DNA of 64,000 bases from an uncultured Planctomycetaceae bacterium (GCA_963815195.1 CAWFGE010000023.1:512001-576000), one strand, 5' to 3'. Shown: positions 46,299 to 58,928, numbered from the stretch's first letter. Notes: generated by a model not told the origin, from the letters alone. Translations and numbers: made by a program.

Positions 46299-47267
46299 AT
46301 GATGTGCAAAGCGGTCTTGGTTTGTGCGGCGTTGCTGTTGCCACTCAATCTATTTGGCGATGACCCGGATCCTGATCACAAACCGGATCCTGAACTGGAG
46401 TTGGAATTGTCGCTCCCCAAAAAGGAAATCGTTCAATTTGAGCCTCTGGTCATAACAATTTCGGTGGAGAATCAGTCGGAACAACCTCGAAAGATTTCGA
46501 GAGCGTTCGACCCTTGCTGGCATTATCTCAAAGTTTTCGTGACGGATCCCGCCGGGAGAGTCCATCATTTGGGAGGAGGAGTCATCTGTTGCGGATTTGG
46601 GGGCACTCTGACATTGCCACCCAAGGGGAGAAACAACGCGATTCATCTCCGAATGCTACTCACCCCTTCCCCAAATACTTGGCTGGATACGCCAGGCAAA
46701 TATCAACTGAACGCGACGTTCCAAGCCGGCGATAACAACGGGCCGTTGGTGGCGCAGACGGCGACATTGACCATCAAACCCGCAGAAGGGGTCGACAAAA
46801 AAGCCTTGAAGCTATTTCGCGGTGAGGACCAGGCGGAGTTTCTCGCGAATCAAACGACCTCCCCGAAAATTGGGAAACATTTTGAAACGCTGATTCAAGA
46901 TTATCCCAAGAGCGTTTATGTCCCGTGGTGTTATTACGTCCTTGGGAGGGCTGCCCAGCGGCAAGACCACATACTATATGAAGACCGTGGCGAAGCCGTC
47001 AGAAAGTATTACAAGCATCTCTTGGAAACGGATTCCAAATTCCCCTTAAAGACCGAAGTCGAATACGAGATGGCCCGAGAGTTGATCCGAATGGAGAAGC
47101 CAGATGCAGCCAAGCGGGCAATTGAAAAGCTGATCCAGAACAATTCCGAACTGTACCTATTCCGCAGAGTCACTGAGAGCATGGACTACCTTCGAAAAGA
47201 AAATCGCCGACTTTTTGCTGAATCATTACCCGATTCCATCGACATTCATTGGAAACTGTCTCGCTAG
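46299..47267 (+). CDS. Exported protein: beta-sandwich N-domain plus TPR-like C-domain
   Basis: Signal peptide, PGKYQLNATF, LIQDYPKS TPR-like helices; more AT-rich than its neighbours. Confidence 0.65.
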   Translation: MMCKAVLVCAALLLPLNLFGDDPDPDHKPDPELELELSLPKKEIVQFEPLVITISVENQSEQPRKISRAFDPCWHYLKVFVTDPAGRVHHLGGGVICCGFGGTLTLPPKGRNNAIHLRMLLTPSPNTWLDTPGKYQLNATFQAGDNNGPLVAQTATLTIKPAEGVDKKALKLFRGEDQAEFLANQTTSPKIGKHFETLIQDYPKSVYVPWCYYVLGRAAQRQDHILYEDRGEAVRKYYKHLLETDSKFPLKTEVEYEMARELIRMEKPDAAKRAIEKLIQNNSELYLFRRVTESMDYLRKENRRLFAESLPDSIDIHWKLSR

Positions 47268-47350
47268 GGAGTGGCGATAGGCTGCCGGAAGAGCCAAACG
47301 GAAAACGAACGGACAAATCTCAAATCTCCAATTTCAAACAGTAAACTCGC

Positions 47351-48676
47351 ATGGATCTGGAAATCACACTGACTTTAACCTGTCCGCATTGCGGTTTCGC
47401 CATGAACCAGGTCGAAATCGAGGATGAGGAAGACTTCGGCACGAATACGTTTTGCAATTCGTGCGGGCAGGCGTTTCAGATCCCCGAGCAATCGGCGCTC
47501 GAACCGCAGCACGAAGCCCCCGAACCCGAGCCGACCGAAGCAGGCGTGTATCAAATTCAAGAGTCCGAGCGTTTGCGCTGGCGGTTTCCGGGCGACGAGG
47601 CCGAGACGGAAACGGCCCGGCATCCGCTGTTGAACTCTCCCGCGGTCGATGCCGACGGCCGGCTTTATGCCTGCTTGCAAAACGAAGTCGTCGCGCTGTC
47701 GGCCCTAGGCGACGAGCCGGAGGTGTTGTGGAAGTTCCCGGCCGGGCGGTTGATCCCCGGTTCGCCGGCGCTCGGGCCGGACGGCAAGCTGCGGGTGCAT
47801 TCGCTGGACGGGCTGTTGTATTGTCTCACCAAAGACGGCGAATTGGCGTTCGACGCGCCTGCGCGTGGGCGACCCCTTGGGTTCCGCGACGCCTTTGGGC
47901 GATCTCGAAGGCAACACCTGGATTTGTGCTTCGACCGGGGGGCTCTTGAAGGTCGATCCCGCCGGCCGGATGGAGAACCGGGCGTTTCTCAGAAGCCCCG
48001 TGCAGTTCAATTCCACCGGGATTCTTTTTGACAAGACGCTTTACGTCGGCGGTGAAGATCAGTTCGTGCATGCGATCGATCTGACAAAACCCCGCGGCCG
48101 GGAACTCTGGGACGAGAGCGAAAACCACGGGCGGACCGGTTGGTACATCAACTCGGCGATCGCCATGCTTTCGGACCACACGCTGATCGTGGCCAGCCGG
48201 GACGACCATCTTTACAACTTCGCCCTCGACGGCACGCTCCGGTGGAAGGTCCATCTCCCGGGGCAAGCCTTGGGCTCGCCGGTGGTGGATGCCCAGAACC
48301 GGATCTACGTCGGCCTCTATCAGGTGGAGCGCGCGGTTCCCTGGTGGCGGTCGACAGCCGGACGCAGCGGGTGATGTGGTCTTACGCGACGGAACACCCG
48401 GTGGAGTCCACACCCGTCGTCGGCGGGGATGGGATCATCTATTTCGGCGACAACGCCGGCACGGTGCACGCCGTCGATGCCGAGGGCAAACCGGTCTGGA
48501 AGGAAGACTTAGGCGTGCCAATTCGCTCGTCCGGCACGTTCGTCGGCGATCAACGGGTGGTGTTCGGATTGGAGAACGGATTGCTTGCGGCCTTGGAATG
48601 CGATTCCCCGCGACCGGCCGCCGGCTGGCCGAAATTCCTGGGCACCCTGGAGCAATCCGGGCTTGTTTTAGGCTGA
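47351..48676 (+). CDS. Zn-ribbon plus PQQ/BamB-like beta-propeller protein (frameshifts near 47865 and 48340)
   Basis: CPHC..CNSC; repeated SPAV/SPVV..DG.IY.G, DGTLRWK blades. Confidence 0.8.
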
Positions 48677-48778
48677 CGCGGAAGAGGGATGGAGACGACA
48701 AGGCGACGGGGAGACCGCACGAGCCGGGAACTGAAACTGCCGAATTGACAATGGAAAACCGACCGAGGACCAACAAAC

Positions 48779-50416
48779 ATGTCGCAGCAACGGGCTTGTG
48801 AGAGCGTGGGCATCGATTTGGGGACCACGTATTCCGCGATGGCCTTCATGGATTCCAACATGGTGCCCCGCATGGTGATCAATACGAAGGGCCAGTCGAT
48901 CATTCCCAGCGTCGTGTATTTCGATGAGGACGAGGTGCTCGTCGGGGAAGCGGCTTTGGAGAACGCCGAGATCGAAGCCGAGCATGTCGCCCAGTTCGTG
49001 AAAGTCCACATGGGTGAAGCCTGGCGGAAAACGTACCGCGGCCACGAGCACACGCCGGAAAGCATTTCCGCGATTATTTTGGGGCATCTCGCCAAGCAGG
49101 CCGCCCATCAGATCGGCCCTGTGAAAAAAGCCGTCATCACCGTGCCCGCCTTCTTCAACGAAAAACGCCGGCGGGCCACGCAGCAAGCCGGCGAAATTGC
49201 GGGGCTCGAGGTCATCGGCACATTGAACGAACCGATGGCCGCCACCCTCGCCTACGGGCTGCACCGGTTGAACGAAGAGCAGATCGTCGCGGTTTACGAC
49301 TTGGGCGGCGGCACGTTTGACGTGACGATCGTCAAGATTTCCCCCAACGAGATCACCGAACTGGCGACGAAGGGCAACCGCGAGCTCGGCGGCAAGGACT
49401 GGGACAAGGCCCTCATCGACCACGTGGCGGTCGAGTTTATGGACGCCCACGGCGTCGATCCTTCGGCCGATCCCCAAGGAGCCCAGGATTTGATCCTGGC
49501 CTGCGAAAAAGCCAAACGCCGATTGACCGACAAGAAGTCCGCCCGGATCAGAATCCACGCCTGCGGGCACCAGCACATTACCGAAATCTCCCGCGACAAG
49601 TTCGAGGAGCTCACGGCGGACCTCTTGGAAATGACGCGGATGACGATGGAACTGGCCCTCCGCAAAGCGAACCTCGGTTGGGGCGACATCAACCGCGTGG
49701 TGCTGGTGGGCGGTTCGACGTTCATGCCGATGGTGCAAAACATGATTAAGGACGCCACCGGCCGACCGCCGGATACCAACGTCAACCCGGTGATGGCGGT
49801 GGCTTTGGGGGCGTCGATTTACGCGTGCATGCTGGAAACGGGCAAGGCCCCGCGGACGATTCGCCTGACCGACGAAAAGCCCGCGCCTTCGGAACCCGCG
49901 CCGCCGGAGCCGGCTCCTCTACCCGGGCCACCCCAGGACCTGTCCGTCCCCGCGCCGCCGGTGCGGTTTGTGACGGCGCACGGCGTAGGCGTGCGGGTTC
50001 GCGATCCCGCCGGGACCGGCTGGAAAAATACGGTGCTCATCCCGGAGCAAACGCCCGTGCCCAACGAGACCCCGGCCACGAAGACGTTTGCGGCCGCGGA
50101 CAAAATCAACGCCGGCTCCGTCATCAAAGTCGAAATCACCCAAGGCGATTCGGAGGACATCGACCTGGTCGAGATTCTCGGCGAAGGCCGGATCGAAGGC
50201 TTTTCCGATAACCAGCCCGCCGGCCAGCCCGTGGAAGTCTCGATGTGGTTCGACGCCCAAAGCCGGTTGCACACGAAGGCGGTTTACGTCAAAACCGGCC
50301 AGGAAATGCAAATGACGATCGACGTCCAAGGCGGCCTCTGCCAGCAGGAAGTCGAGGAACACCACGAACATCTCAAGCAAATCGGCGCGATCGCCCTAGG
50401 TGAAACGCCCAGGTAG
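48779..50416 (+). CDS. Non-canonical Hsp70/DnaK-family protein (545 aa, no full lid)
   Basis: GIDLGTTYS, TVPAFF, NEPMAA, YDLGGGTFD, LGGKDWD, LVGGST. Confidence 0.92.
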   Translation: MSQQRACESVGIDLGTTYSAMAFMDSNMVPRMVINTKGQSIIPSVVYFDEDEVLVGEAALENAEIEAEHVAQFVKVHMGEAWRKTYRGHEHTPESISAIILGHLAKQAAHQIGPVKKAVITVPAFFNEKRRRATQQAGEIAGLEVIGTLNEPMAATLAYGLHRLNEEQIVAVYDLGGGTFDVTIVKISPNEITELATKGNRELGGKDWDKALIDHVAVEFMDAHGVDPSADPQGAQDLILACEKAKRRLTDKKSARIRIHACGHQHITEISRDKFEELTADLLEMTRMTMELALRKANLGWGDINRVVLVGGSTFMPMVQNMIKDATGRPPDTNVNPVMAVALGASIYACMLETGKAPRTIRLTDEKPAPSEPAPPEPAPLPGPPQDLSVPAPPVRFVTAHGVGVRVRDPAGTGWKNTVLIPEQTPVPNETPATKTFAAADKINAGSVIKVEITQGDSEDIDLVEILGEGRIEGFSDNQPAGQPVEVSMWFDAQSRLHTKAVYVKTGQEMQMTIDVQGGLCQQEVEEHHEHLKQIGAIALGETPR

Positions 50417-50651
50417 CCGCCCGGATCATCCCTCTTTTTCGCTGGGATCGATATTTTGCTTGAATTCGGTAAAAACCCTAGATAGGCTAGTGATTATTGA
50501 ACTGAGAACAGGCGATTAGGAGTTCAAAAACGTCACAGCGTTTTGTCCTCCCGCATTCCCCACGGAGTTTTCACTGGCGATCTCAGCCCCGCCCGAAGGA
50601 GTTCGGTTGGGGCTTTTTTTGGCAATTCGAATCAGCCCCAGGAATTTCCCT

Positions 50652-53600
50652 ATGAGTCTTCGCTCTTCGTCGCTTTGGCCTTTGCGGATTTGGAAAAACT
50701 GGTCCCGGACCGAGGGGATCTTTCAAAAACGCCAGGGGCTGGGGCAATCGCGGCGATTTCGCAGCCGGGGCTGCCGCTTCGGCGAGGCGGCGGAAGTATT
50801 GGAACAACGCCTGTTGCTGTCGACGATTGTTGTGGACGACGACGGCGGCGCCGATCAAACGACGATTCAAGCGGCCATTGACGCCGCGACCGACGGGGAT
50901 CGGATTCAGGTCACCGGCGGGGCCGACTGCATCCAAACCGAAGCGGGCATCACCGTCAACAAGGATGTCACGATTCAGGGATTTGGAAGCGGACCGCAAG
51001 TCATCGTCCAAGCCGCCGCCACGCCGGGCGGCGGGGTTGACCGCGTGTTTCACATTGCATTCGGAACCGCAGCGGCGATCGACAGTCTCACGATTCAAAA
51101 CGGCCACAGCACCGAAGGCGGCGGGATCTTAAACGAGGGCGACCTCACGCTCACCAACAGCACGGTCGCTCAAAACCTCTCGGACGGAGACGGCGGCGGG
51201 ATTTCGAATTTCGGCAGTTTGAACGTTAACGACAGCGCGCTCCTCTTCAACCTTGCGAGTGGGGACGGCGGCGGGATTTCGAACTCGGGGTTTTTGAACG
51301 TCAACAACACCACGGTCCTCTTTAATCTTGCGAGCGGAGACGGCGGCGCGATTTCCAATTTCGGCACTTTGAATTTTAACTTCAGCACGCTCAATTCTAA
51401 CGCCGCCAGCGGAGACGGCGGCGGGATTTCCAACTCGGGCGGCCTGAGCGTGTTCGGCAGCACCCTCTCCAATAACTCCGCCAGTGGAGACGGCGGCGGG
51501 ATTGCCGACGATGGGTCCAATGGGTCAATCGCGGTCGTTTTCGCGAGCACACTCGCGTTCAATGTTGCGAACGGCGCGGGCGGCGGTGCCAGCAGCGCCG
51601 GTTTTCTGGCTGTTGGCAACAGCACCGTATCGAACAACTCCGCCGGCTTGGACGGCGGCGGGATCGATTCATTTTTGGGGCTTTTGTTGGTCACGAGCAG
51701 CACGATTACCGGGAATACCGCCGACTCCGGAGCGAGCTTCTCTGGGTTCGGCGGAGGAATCTCGGCCTTTAGTTTCGCCTCGGAGGTGGACAGCTCGATT
51801 GTCGCGGGGAACTTTGACGGGGATGGAACGCCGGACGACATTTTCGGAACGATCGATTTCGGCGATTTCAACCTCGTTGGCGATGCCAACTCGTCCGGCG
51901 GGTTTACCGACGGTCAAGGCGATCCATTCGATTTCAACAATAACATCGTGGGCAACTTCGGTTCCGGCACGATCGACATCACCACGGTTCTCGATCCCGT
52001 CCTGAGTAACAACCTCGGTCCGACATTGACGCACAATCTGGTCATCGGCAGCCCCGCGATCGATGCCGGCTCTAATACTGGCGGTTTCTCTTTCGACCAG
52101 CGCGGGCCGGGATTCTTTCGCGAAGAACCGCCGGGCCTTCCCGACATCGGGGCCGTGGAATTCATCCAGTTCTCCGTTGTGGACGATGACACCAATGGCG
52201 ATTACCTGACCATCCAAGACGCGATCGACGCGGCGATCGACGGCTTCGTGATTTTTGTCACCGGAGGTGCCGACCGCACCCAGACCGAAGCGGGCATCAC
52301 CGTCGACAAGGACGTTTCCATTCGGGGGTTCGCCGGGGTGCAAACTGTTGTCCAAGCCGCCGCCACGCCGGGCACGGCAACGGATCGGGTTTTTGACGTT
52401 TCGCCGGGTGTGACAGCGATGTTCGACAGCCTCGTGATTCTCAACGGTCATGCTTCCATCGGGGGCGGCATTCGCAACCGCGGCAACCTGACCGTCAACA
52501 ACAGCGTCGTCACTCAAAACACAGCCGATTCCGCCGGCGGCGGGGTTTGGAGTGACGGTCCGTTGTCGCTTTTCGGCAGCATCGTCGCTCAAAACGCGTC
52601 CGGTTCCGAGGGAGGCGGGGTTTGGAATGGCGGGAGCTTGTTGGTCTTCAACAGCGGCCTGTCGAGCAACTCGGCGGGCGCGGACGGCGGCGGTCTTTTC
52701 GACGTGAACAACGCGACCATTTTCGCCAGCACCGTTGACCGCAACGTCGCGGGAGGTTTCGGCGGCGGCGTCAGCAGCGCTTCCTTGGTCGTTGCCGACA
52801 GCACGCTTTCGGGCAACACCTCGGGCTCCTCGGGGGGCGGCATCGATTCCCCCACGGGTTTCTTTCTTGTGACAAACAGCACGATCACGGGCAACACCGC
52901 GGATTCGACCGGGGGCGGGATTTCGATCCGCGGAACCCATTCCGAGTCAGCACTTTTGGCCAGCACGATTGTTGCGGGAAATTTCATCGCCAGCGGAAAC
53001 CCGAGCGACATTTACGGAATGGTCGACTTAGGCATTTATAACCTGATCGGCGACGCCAACAGCTCCGGCGGCCTCGTTGATCAATTTGCTCCGCGGACCG
53101 AAGACCCGAGCCAGATGGCTGCTCAAATCACCGACGAAGCCAATCAAAATACCGCTGCGGATTCGACGATGTTCGATCCAGGACAGATTTTTACAAAGGC
53201 GACCATAAATCCCGGCGATCGTTTCGACACCAACAAACTGACCGGCGATCCTGTGCGCACGATGGATCCCTCACACAACGTCGTCGGCAATAGCGGCACG
53301 GGCACGCTTGACATCCACACCGTACTCGACACCAACCTCCAGAACAACGGCGGGTTCACGCCGACGCACGCCTTGGTTCCGGGCAGCCCCGCCCTGAATG
53401 CCGGCCTCAATCCGTTTTTCATCCCCTTTGACCAGCGCGGCAACGGCTTTCTCCGCGAGGATGTTCCCGGCTTCGCAGACATCGGAGCGGTGGAAGGCCA
53501 AGACCTGTTCGTGGATGACGACGGCTTCGGGAGCTTTTTGACGATCCAAGCGGCGATCGAAGTGGCGCACACGGGCGATTTCGTGATTGTGACCGGCGGC

Positions 53601-55706
53601 CTGGACGGCATCCACACCGAGCAGGGCATCACGTTCGACAATGACGTCACGATTGTCGGCTTGAACGTGACCGGCACCGAACTGCCCGGCGTCAAGCTGC
53701 CCGTCATCCAAGCCGCCCCGGCGCCGGGCCTGGCAACCGACCGTGTGTTTAACGTACCCCGGGGTGCGATCGCAGCCATCCAAAACGTCACGATCCGCTA
53801 TGGGAACAACTTCGGCGGCGGGATCTTGAACGATGGGGTCCTCAAGGTCACTAACAGCACGATTACCCAAAACTCGAGCAGCTTAAGCGCGGGCGGGATT
53901 TCTACCAACGACGACCTCACGCTTGTCGACAGCACCGTCTCTGGGAACGTCTCGATGTTCAGCGGAGGCGGCATCGGCTCGTTGGGAGGAACGATCCGAA
54001 TCAGGACCAGCACCATTTCCGGTAACACGACCCAAGCGTTCGGCGGCGGAGTTTCCCAGTTCGGCGGCGCATTGGAGATCACCGACAGCACAATCTCGGG
54101 CAACACGGCCGGGCTGGACGGCGGCGGTGTGTATATGGCCGGCGCGTTCGGCCTCAGTATTGTGAGCAGCACGATCACCGAAAACACCACGTTCGCGCAG
54201 GGGGGCGGCGTCTCAACCTTCGGAACGAATACCTACCTCGAGAGTACCATCGTCGCCGGAAACGCCGCCAACCACGGCGGGCAGATTTCGCCCAATGACA
54301 TATCCGGATTTGTCAACACCGCCAGATTTAACCTCATCGGCGACGCCGGGACATCCGGCGGAATTGTAAACGGCGCGGCAGGAAACATCGTCGGCAATAA
54401 TGGCCAAGGCACCATCGACATCCACCGAGTGCTCGATCCCGTGCTGCGCGACAACGGCGGCCCGACATTCACGCATGCCCTTTTCGCGCAGAGCCTGGCC
54501 CTCGATACCGGGACCAACCCGCTGAATCTCGCCACGGATCAGCGTGGCTCGCTGCGCTTCTCGGGAGCGGAGCCGGATATTGGAGCCTTTGAACTCGAAT
54601 TTCACCCCCGGCTGGTCGCGGGCGTCGGCTCCGGCGCGGTTGCGGAAGTCCGCGTGATCGATCCAGAGACCGGCGTGACCCTGGCGCTCTTCCCCTTTGT
54701 CAATCGTCCCGATCCCAAGGCTCCCGACTTTTTCCCCAATTACGTTCCGCTCGACGATCAGAACGAACCCATCCGCAAGCCGAATAACAGCTTCGTGGGT
54801 GGAGTGCGGGTGGCGCTGGCCGATGTCACCGGCGACGGCGTGGACGACATCATCACGGCAGCAGGCACCGGCGGCTCGCCGCGGATCCGGGTATTTGACG
54901 GCAACACCGGCTTTGCCGTGCAGGGCTCTTTGGGCGACTTCTACGCCTATAACCCGCTGTTTTATGGCGGCGTTTATGTGGCGGCGGGGTATCTCGATGA
55001 TGACGAATACGCCGACGTGATCGTCGGAGCCGGGGAGACCGGCGGGCCTCATGTGAGAGCCTACAGCGGGTTCGACGGCTCGATCCTGTTCGACTTCTTC
55101 GCCTATGATCCGAACTTCCGCGGCGGCGTGCGCGTGGCCTCGGGCGATGTCACCGGGGACGGCATCTCCGACATCATCACCGCGGCCGGTCCCGGCGGCG
55201 GGCCGCACGTCCGCGTGTTCGACGGCTCCGTGCCGATCATCAACCAGGTCGCCCACAACATCCAGAGCCCCTTAGGCAGTTTCTATGCCTACGATCCCAG
55301 TTACACCGGCGGGGTCTACGTCGGCGGCGTGACGACCGCGCCGGGTTCGTCGATCCCGCTGATCGTCACCGGTTCGGCTCTCAAAGTCGGCGGGGCGGAA
55401 GTCCGGCTGTTCAGCGCCCCGCCCCAACCGAAGGCCTCGTTCAATACCCCCATCTTCACGGAAGCCCGCGTCGCCTCGGCGGACTTCGACGGCGACGGGG
55501 TCAACGATTTCTTCCTGGCACCCGGCACAGTGGTTCCCGGGGAGATTCTCATCTACAGCGGCGATCCTGCCTTTAATCGCATCGATCCCCGGCTGCCGTT
55601 CGGCGGGCTGCTGTTCGACCTGTTCCCCTTTGGGACGGAATATTACGGAGGCCTCTACATCGCCGGCCCGACCGGCCGCCCGGTCCGCCCCCCCGTCCCA
55701 CTGTAG
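50652..55706 (+). CDS. Large secreted protein: LExRxLL motif, three beta-helix/choice-of-anchor-Q-like modules, C-terminal FG-GAP repeats
   Basis: EVLEQRLLLS; GGGI repeats; three copies of SPA..G..DQRG..DIGA.E-like ends; DVTGDG..DIITAAG.GG.P.VRVFDG. Confidence 0.85.
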   Translation: MSLRSSSLWPLRIWKNWSRTEGIFQKRQGLGQSRRFRSRGCRFGEAAEVLEQRLLLSTIVVDDDGGADQTTIQAAIDAATDGDRIQVTGGADCIQTEAGITVNKDVTIQGFGSGPQVIVQAAATPGGGVDRVFHIAFGTAAAIDSLTIQNGHSTEGGGILNEGDLTLTNSTVAQNLSDGDGGGISNFGSLNVNDSALLFNLASGDGGGISNSGFLNVNNTTVLFNLASGDGGAISNFGTLNFNFSTLNSNAASGDGGGISNSGGLSVFGSTLSNNSASGDGGGIADDGSNGSIAVVFASTLAFNVANGAGGGASSAGFLAVGNSTVSNNSAGLDGGGIDSFLGLLLVTSSTITGNTADSGASFSGFGGGISAFSFASEVDSSIVAGNFDGDGTPDDIFGTIDFGDFNLVGDANSSGGFTDGQGDPFDFNNNIVGNFGSGTIDITTVLDPVLSNNLGPTLTHNLVIGSPAIDAGSNTGGFSFDQRGPGFFREEPPGLPDIGAVEFIQFSVVDDDTNGDYLTIQDAIDAAIDGFVIFVTGGADRTQTEAGITVDKDVSIRGFAGVQTVVQAAATPGTATDRVFDVSPGVTAMFDSLVILNGHASIGGGIRNRGNLTVNNSVVTQNTADSAGGGVWSDGPLSLFGSIVAQNASGSEGGGVWNGGSLLVFNSGLSSNSAGADGGGLFDVNNATIFASTVDRNVAGGFGGGVSSASLVVADSTLSGNTSGSSGGGIDSPTGFFLVTNSTITGNTADSTGGGISIRGTHSESALLASTIVAGNFIASGNPSDIYGMVDLGIYNLIGDANSSGGLVDQFAPRTEDPSQMAAQITDEANQNTAADSTMFDPGQIFTKATINPGDRFDTNKLTGDPVRTMDPSHNVVGNSGTGTLDIHTVLDTNLQNNGGFTPTHALVPGSPALNAGLNPFFIPFDQRGNGFLREDVPGFADIGAVEGQDLFVDDDGFGSFLTIQAAIEVAHTGDFVIVTGGLDGIHTEQGITFDNDVTIVGLNVTGTELPGVKLPVIQAAPAPGLATDRVFNVPRGAIAAIQNVTIRYGNNFGGGILNDGVLKVTNSTITQNSSSLSAGGISTNDDLTLVDSTVSGNVSMFSGGGIGSLGGTIRIRTSTISGNTTQAFGGGVSQFGGALEITDSTISGNTAGLDGGGVYMAGAFGLSIVSSTITENTTFAQGGGVSTFGTNTYLESTIVAGNAANHGGQISPNDISGFVNTARFNLIGDAGTSGGIVNGAAGNIVGNNGQGTIDIHRVLDPVLRDNGGPTFTHALFAQSLALDTGTNPLNLATDQRGSLRFSGAEPDIGAFELEFHPRLVAGVGSGAVAEVRVIDPETGVTLALFPFVNRPDPKAPDFFPNYVPLDDQNEPIRKPNNSFVGGVRVALADVTGDGVDDIITAAGTGGSPRIRVFDGNTGFAVQGSLGDFYAYNPLFYGGVYVAAGYLDDDEYADVIVGAGETGGPHVRAYSGFDGSILFDFFAYDPNFRGGVRVASGDVTGDGISDIITAAGPGGGPHVRVFDGSVPIINQVAHNIQSPLGSFYAYDPSYTGGVYVGGVTTAPGSSIPLIVTGSALKVGGAEVRLFSAPPQPKASFNTPIFTEARVASADFDGDGVNDFFLAPGTVVPGEILIYSGDPAFNRIDPRLPFGGLLFDLFPFGTEYYGGLYIAGPTGRPVRPPVPL
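51186..51510 (+). repeat. 75-nt (25-aa) coding tandem repeat, five unit starts
   Basis: GG(A/G)GACGGCGGCG at 51186, 51261, 51336, 51411, 51486. Confidence 0.85.
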
Positions 55707-55793
55707 GAGATTCTCGCGGATCGAGCGGTTGCGAAGAGGGTGGAATGATTTGGAGGAAGTTCGCTCATTCCGAAACGACGCCGACGCAGGCGG

Positions 55794-56942
55794 CTAGCGG
55801 GTCCAGTCCAGCCATTTTTCGAACAGCGATTTGACGAAGGGCGTCAAACGCGTGCGGTTGTATTGGTCGCCGATTTTGCGGATGGCCTCGGCCTCTGTGG
55901 GGTAGGGATGAATCGCCGCCGCGATTTTCTTAAGGCCCAATCCGTGCGTCATCGCCAGCGAAACTTCGCCGATCATGTCTCCCGCATTCGCCGCGACAAT
56001 CGTGGCTCCCAGGATTTTGTCCTTGCCTTTTTGGGTGTGGATGCGAACGAACCCTTCGGTCTCGCCCGCCAGAATCGCCCGGTCCACCTCGGCGAATTCC
56101 TGCGTATACGTGTCGATGGCAATGCCCTGCTTTTCTGCTTCCGTTTCCGTCAATCCGACATGCGCGAGTTCGGGCGAAGTGTAGGTGCACCAGGGGATGG
56201 TTAATGCACTGAGCTTCGACCGCCCGAAGAACAGAGCGTTCCCGATCACAATCCGGGCCATAAAGTCGGCGGCGTGCGTGAACTTGTATTGCGAGCAAAC
56301 ATCGCCCGCCGCGTAGATCCGGGGACTGCTGGTTTGCAGCCGGTCATTGACGTAGACGCCGATCTTGGCATCATACCGCACGCCCGCGGCATCGAGGCCC
56401 AGGTTCTCCACATTGGGAGCCCGGCCGACCGCCACCAAAAGTTGATCGACGAGTTCCTCATTCTGCGCCGTGCGAGTTCACCGAGAGCCGGATTTTGCCG
56501 GCTTCGGGGCGGAGCTTTAATTCCTTGCCGCAGCACAAGAGTTTGACGCCGTCTCGCTTCAGCGACGCCTCGATGATGTTCGCTCCGTCGCGATCCTCGC
56601 GGGGCAAGACGCCGCGCTCGGTTTTCACCAGAAACACTTCGCTGCCGAGGTTCGCAAAGGCCTGGGCCAACTCGCATCCGATGGGGCCGGCTCCGATGAT
56701 GCCCAACCGCGCGGGCAATTCCGTCAGCGAGAAAACTGTTTCGTTGGTGAGGTATTGCACTTGATCCAACCCGGGAATCGGCGGCGCGGACGCGCGGGCT
56801 CCCGTGGCGATCACGGCTTTTTTGAAGCGCAGCGTTTGCCCGCCGACTTGGATCGTTTCGGAACTAAGAAACTCCGCCTGGCCCAAAAACACATCCACGC
56901 CAAGCTTTTGAAACCTCGCGGCGGAATCGTTGGGGCTGAGCT
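55794..56942 (-). CDS. FAD-dependent pyridine nucleotide-disulphide oxidoreductase (mercuric-reductase/Lpd-like); 5' end missing, frameshift near 56450
   Basis: IATGAR, IIGAGPIGCE, AVGRAPN, IYAAGDV, HPYPT; N-terminal FAD and CxxxxC region absent. Confidence 0.85.
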
Positions 56943-57019
56943 CCATCGCCTCAGCCCTTCCACGTCCCCCTTCCTCATCACACCGCACTGATCAGCGCGC
57001 ACACATCACCCGTGGATCA

Positions 57020-57172
57020 GCGCCTTTATTTGCTTCTGCGGTCACTGGCGAACGGGAGCAGGCACCCTCAGCCCGAGCCCGTAAGCAGCGCATCAGGTCG
57101 GCGGAACAGGCGGGAGATCTGGCGGAGGCGATGCGTTTGATGGAGACCCTCAGCCGGGACGGCGCCGTATAG
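57020..57172 (+). CDS. Probable C-terminal fragment of DNA primase
   Basis: [20 protein letters not shown] helical tail directly upstream of rpoD (dnaG-rpoD synteny); inference only. Confidence 0.45.
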   Translation, partial: APLFASAVTGEREQAPSARARKQRIRSAEQAGDLAEAMRLMETLSRDGAV

Positions 57173-57242
57173 CCGGCGTCAGTTTCGACTATTGTACAAT
57201 GGCAGAAACTGCCAAAAACTATCGGAGGAGTCTGGGAGTTGC

Positions 57243-58924
<1,682 letters not shown>

Positions 58925-58928
<4 letters not shown>

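Noticed and set aside
48779..50416. Calling the Hsp70 the housekeeping dnaK
   Set aside because: It is short and divergent, and has no dnaJ or grpE neighbours.
51186..51510. CRISPR-like periodic repeat
   Set aside because: The 75-nt period is in frame within a protein and the intervening sequence is also homologous.
55794..56942. Calling the oxidoreductase merA
   Set aside because: There is no C-terminal Cys-Cys pair (it ends WLDWTR) and no mer genes nearby.
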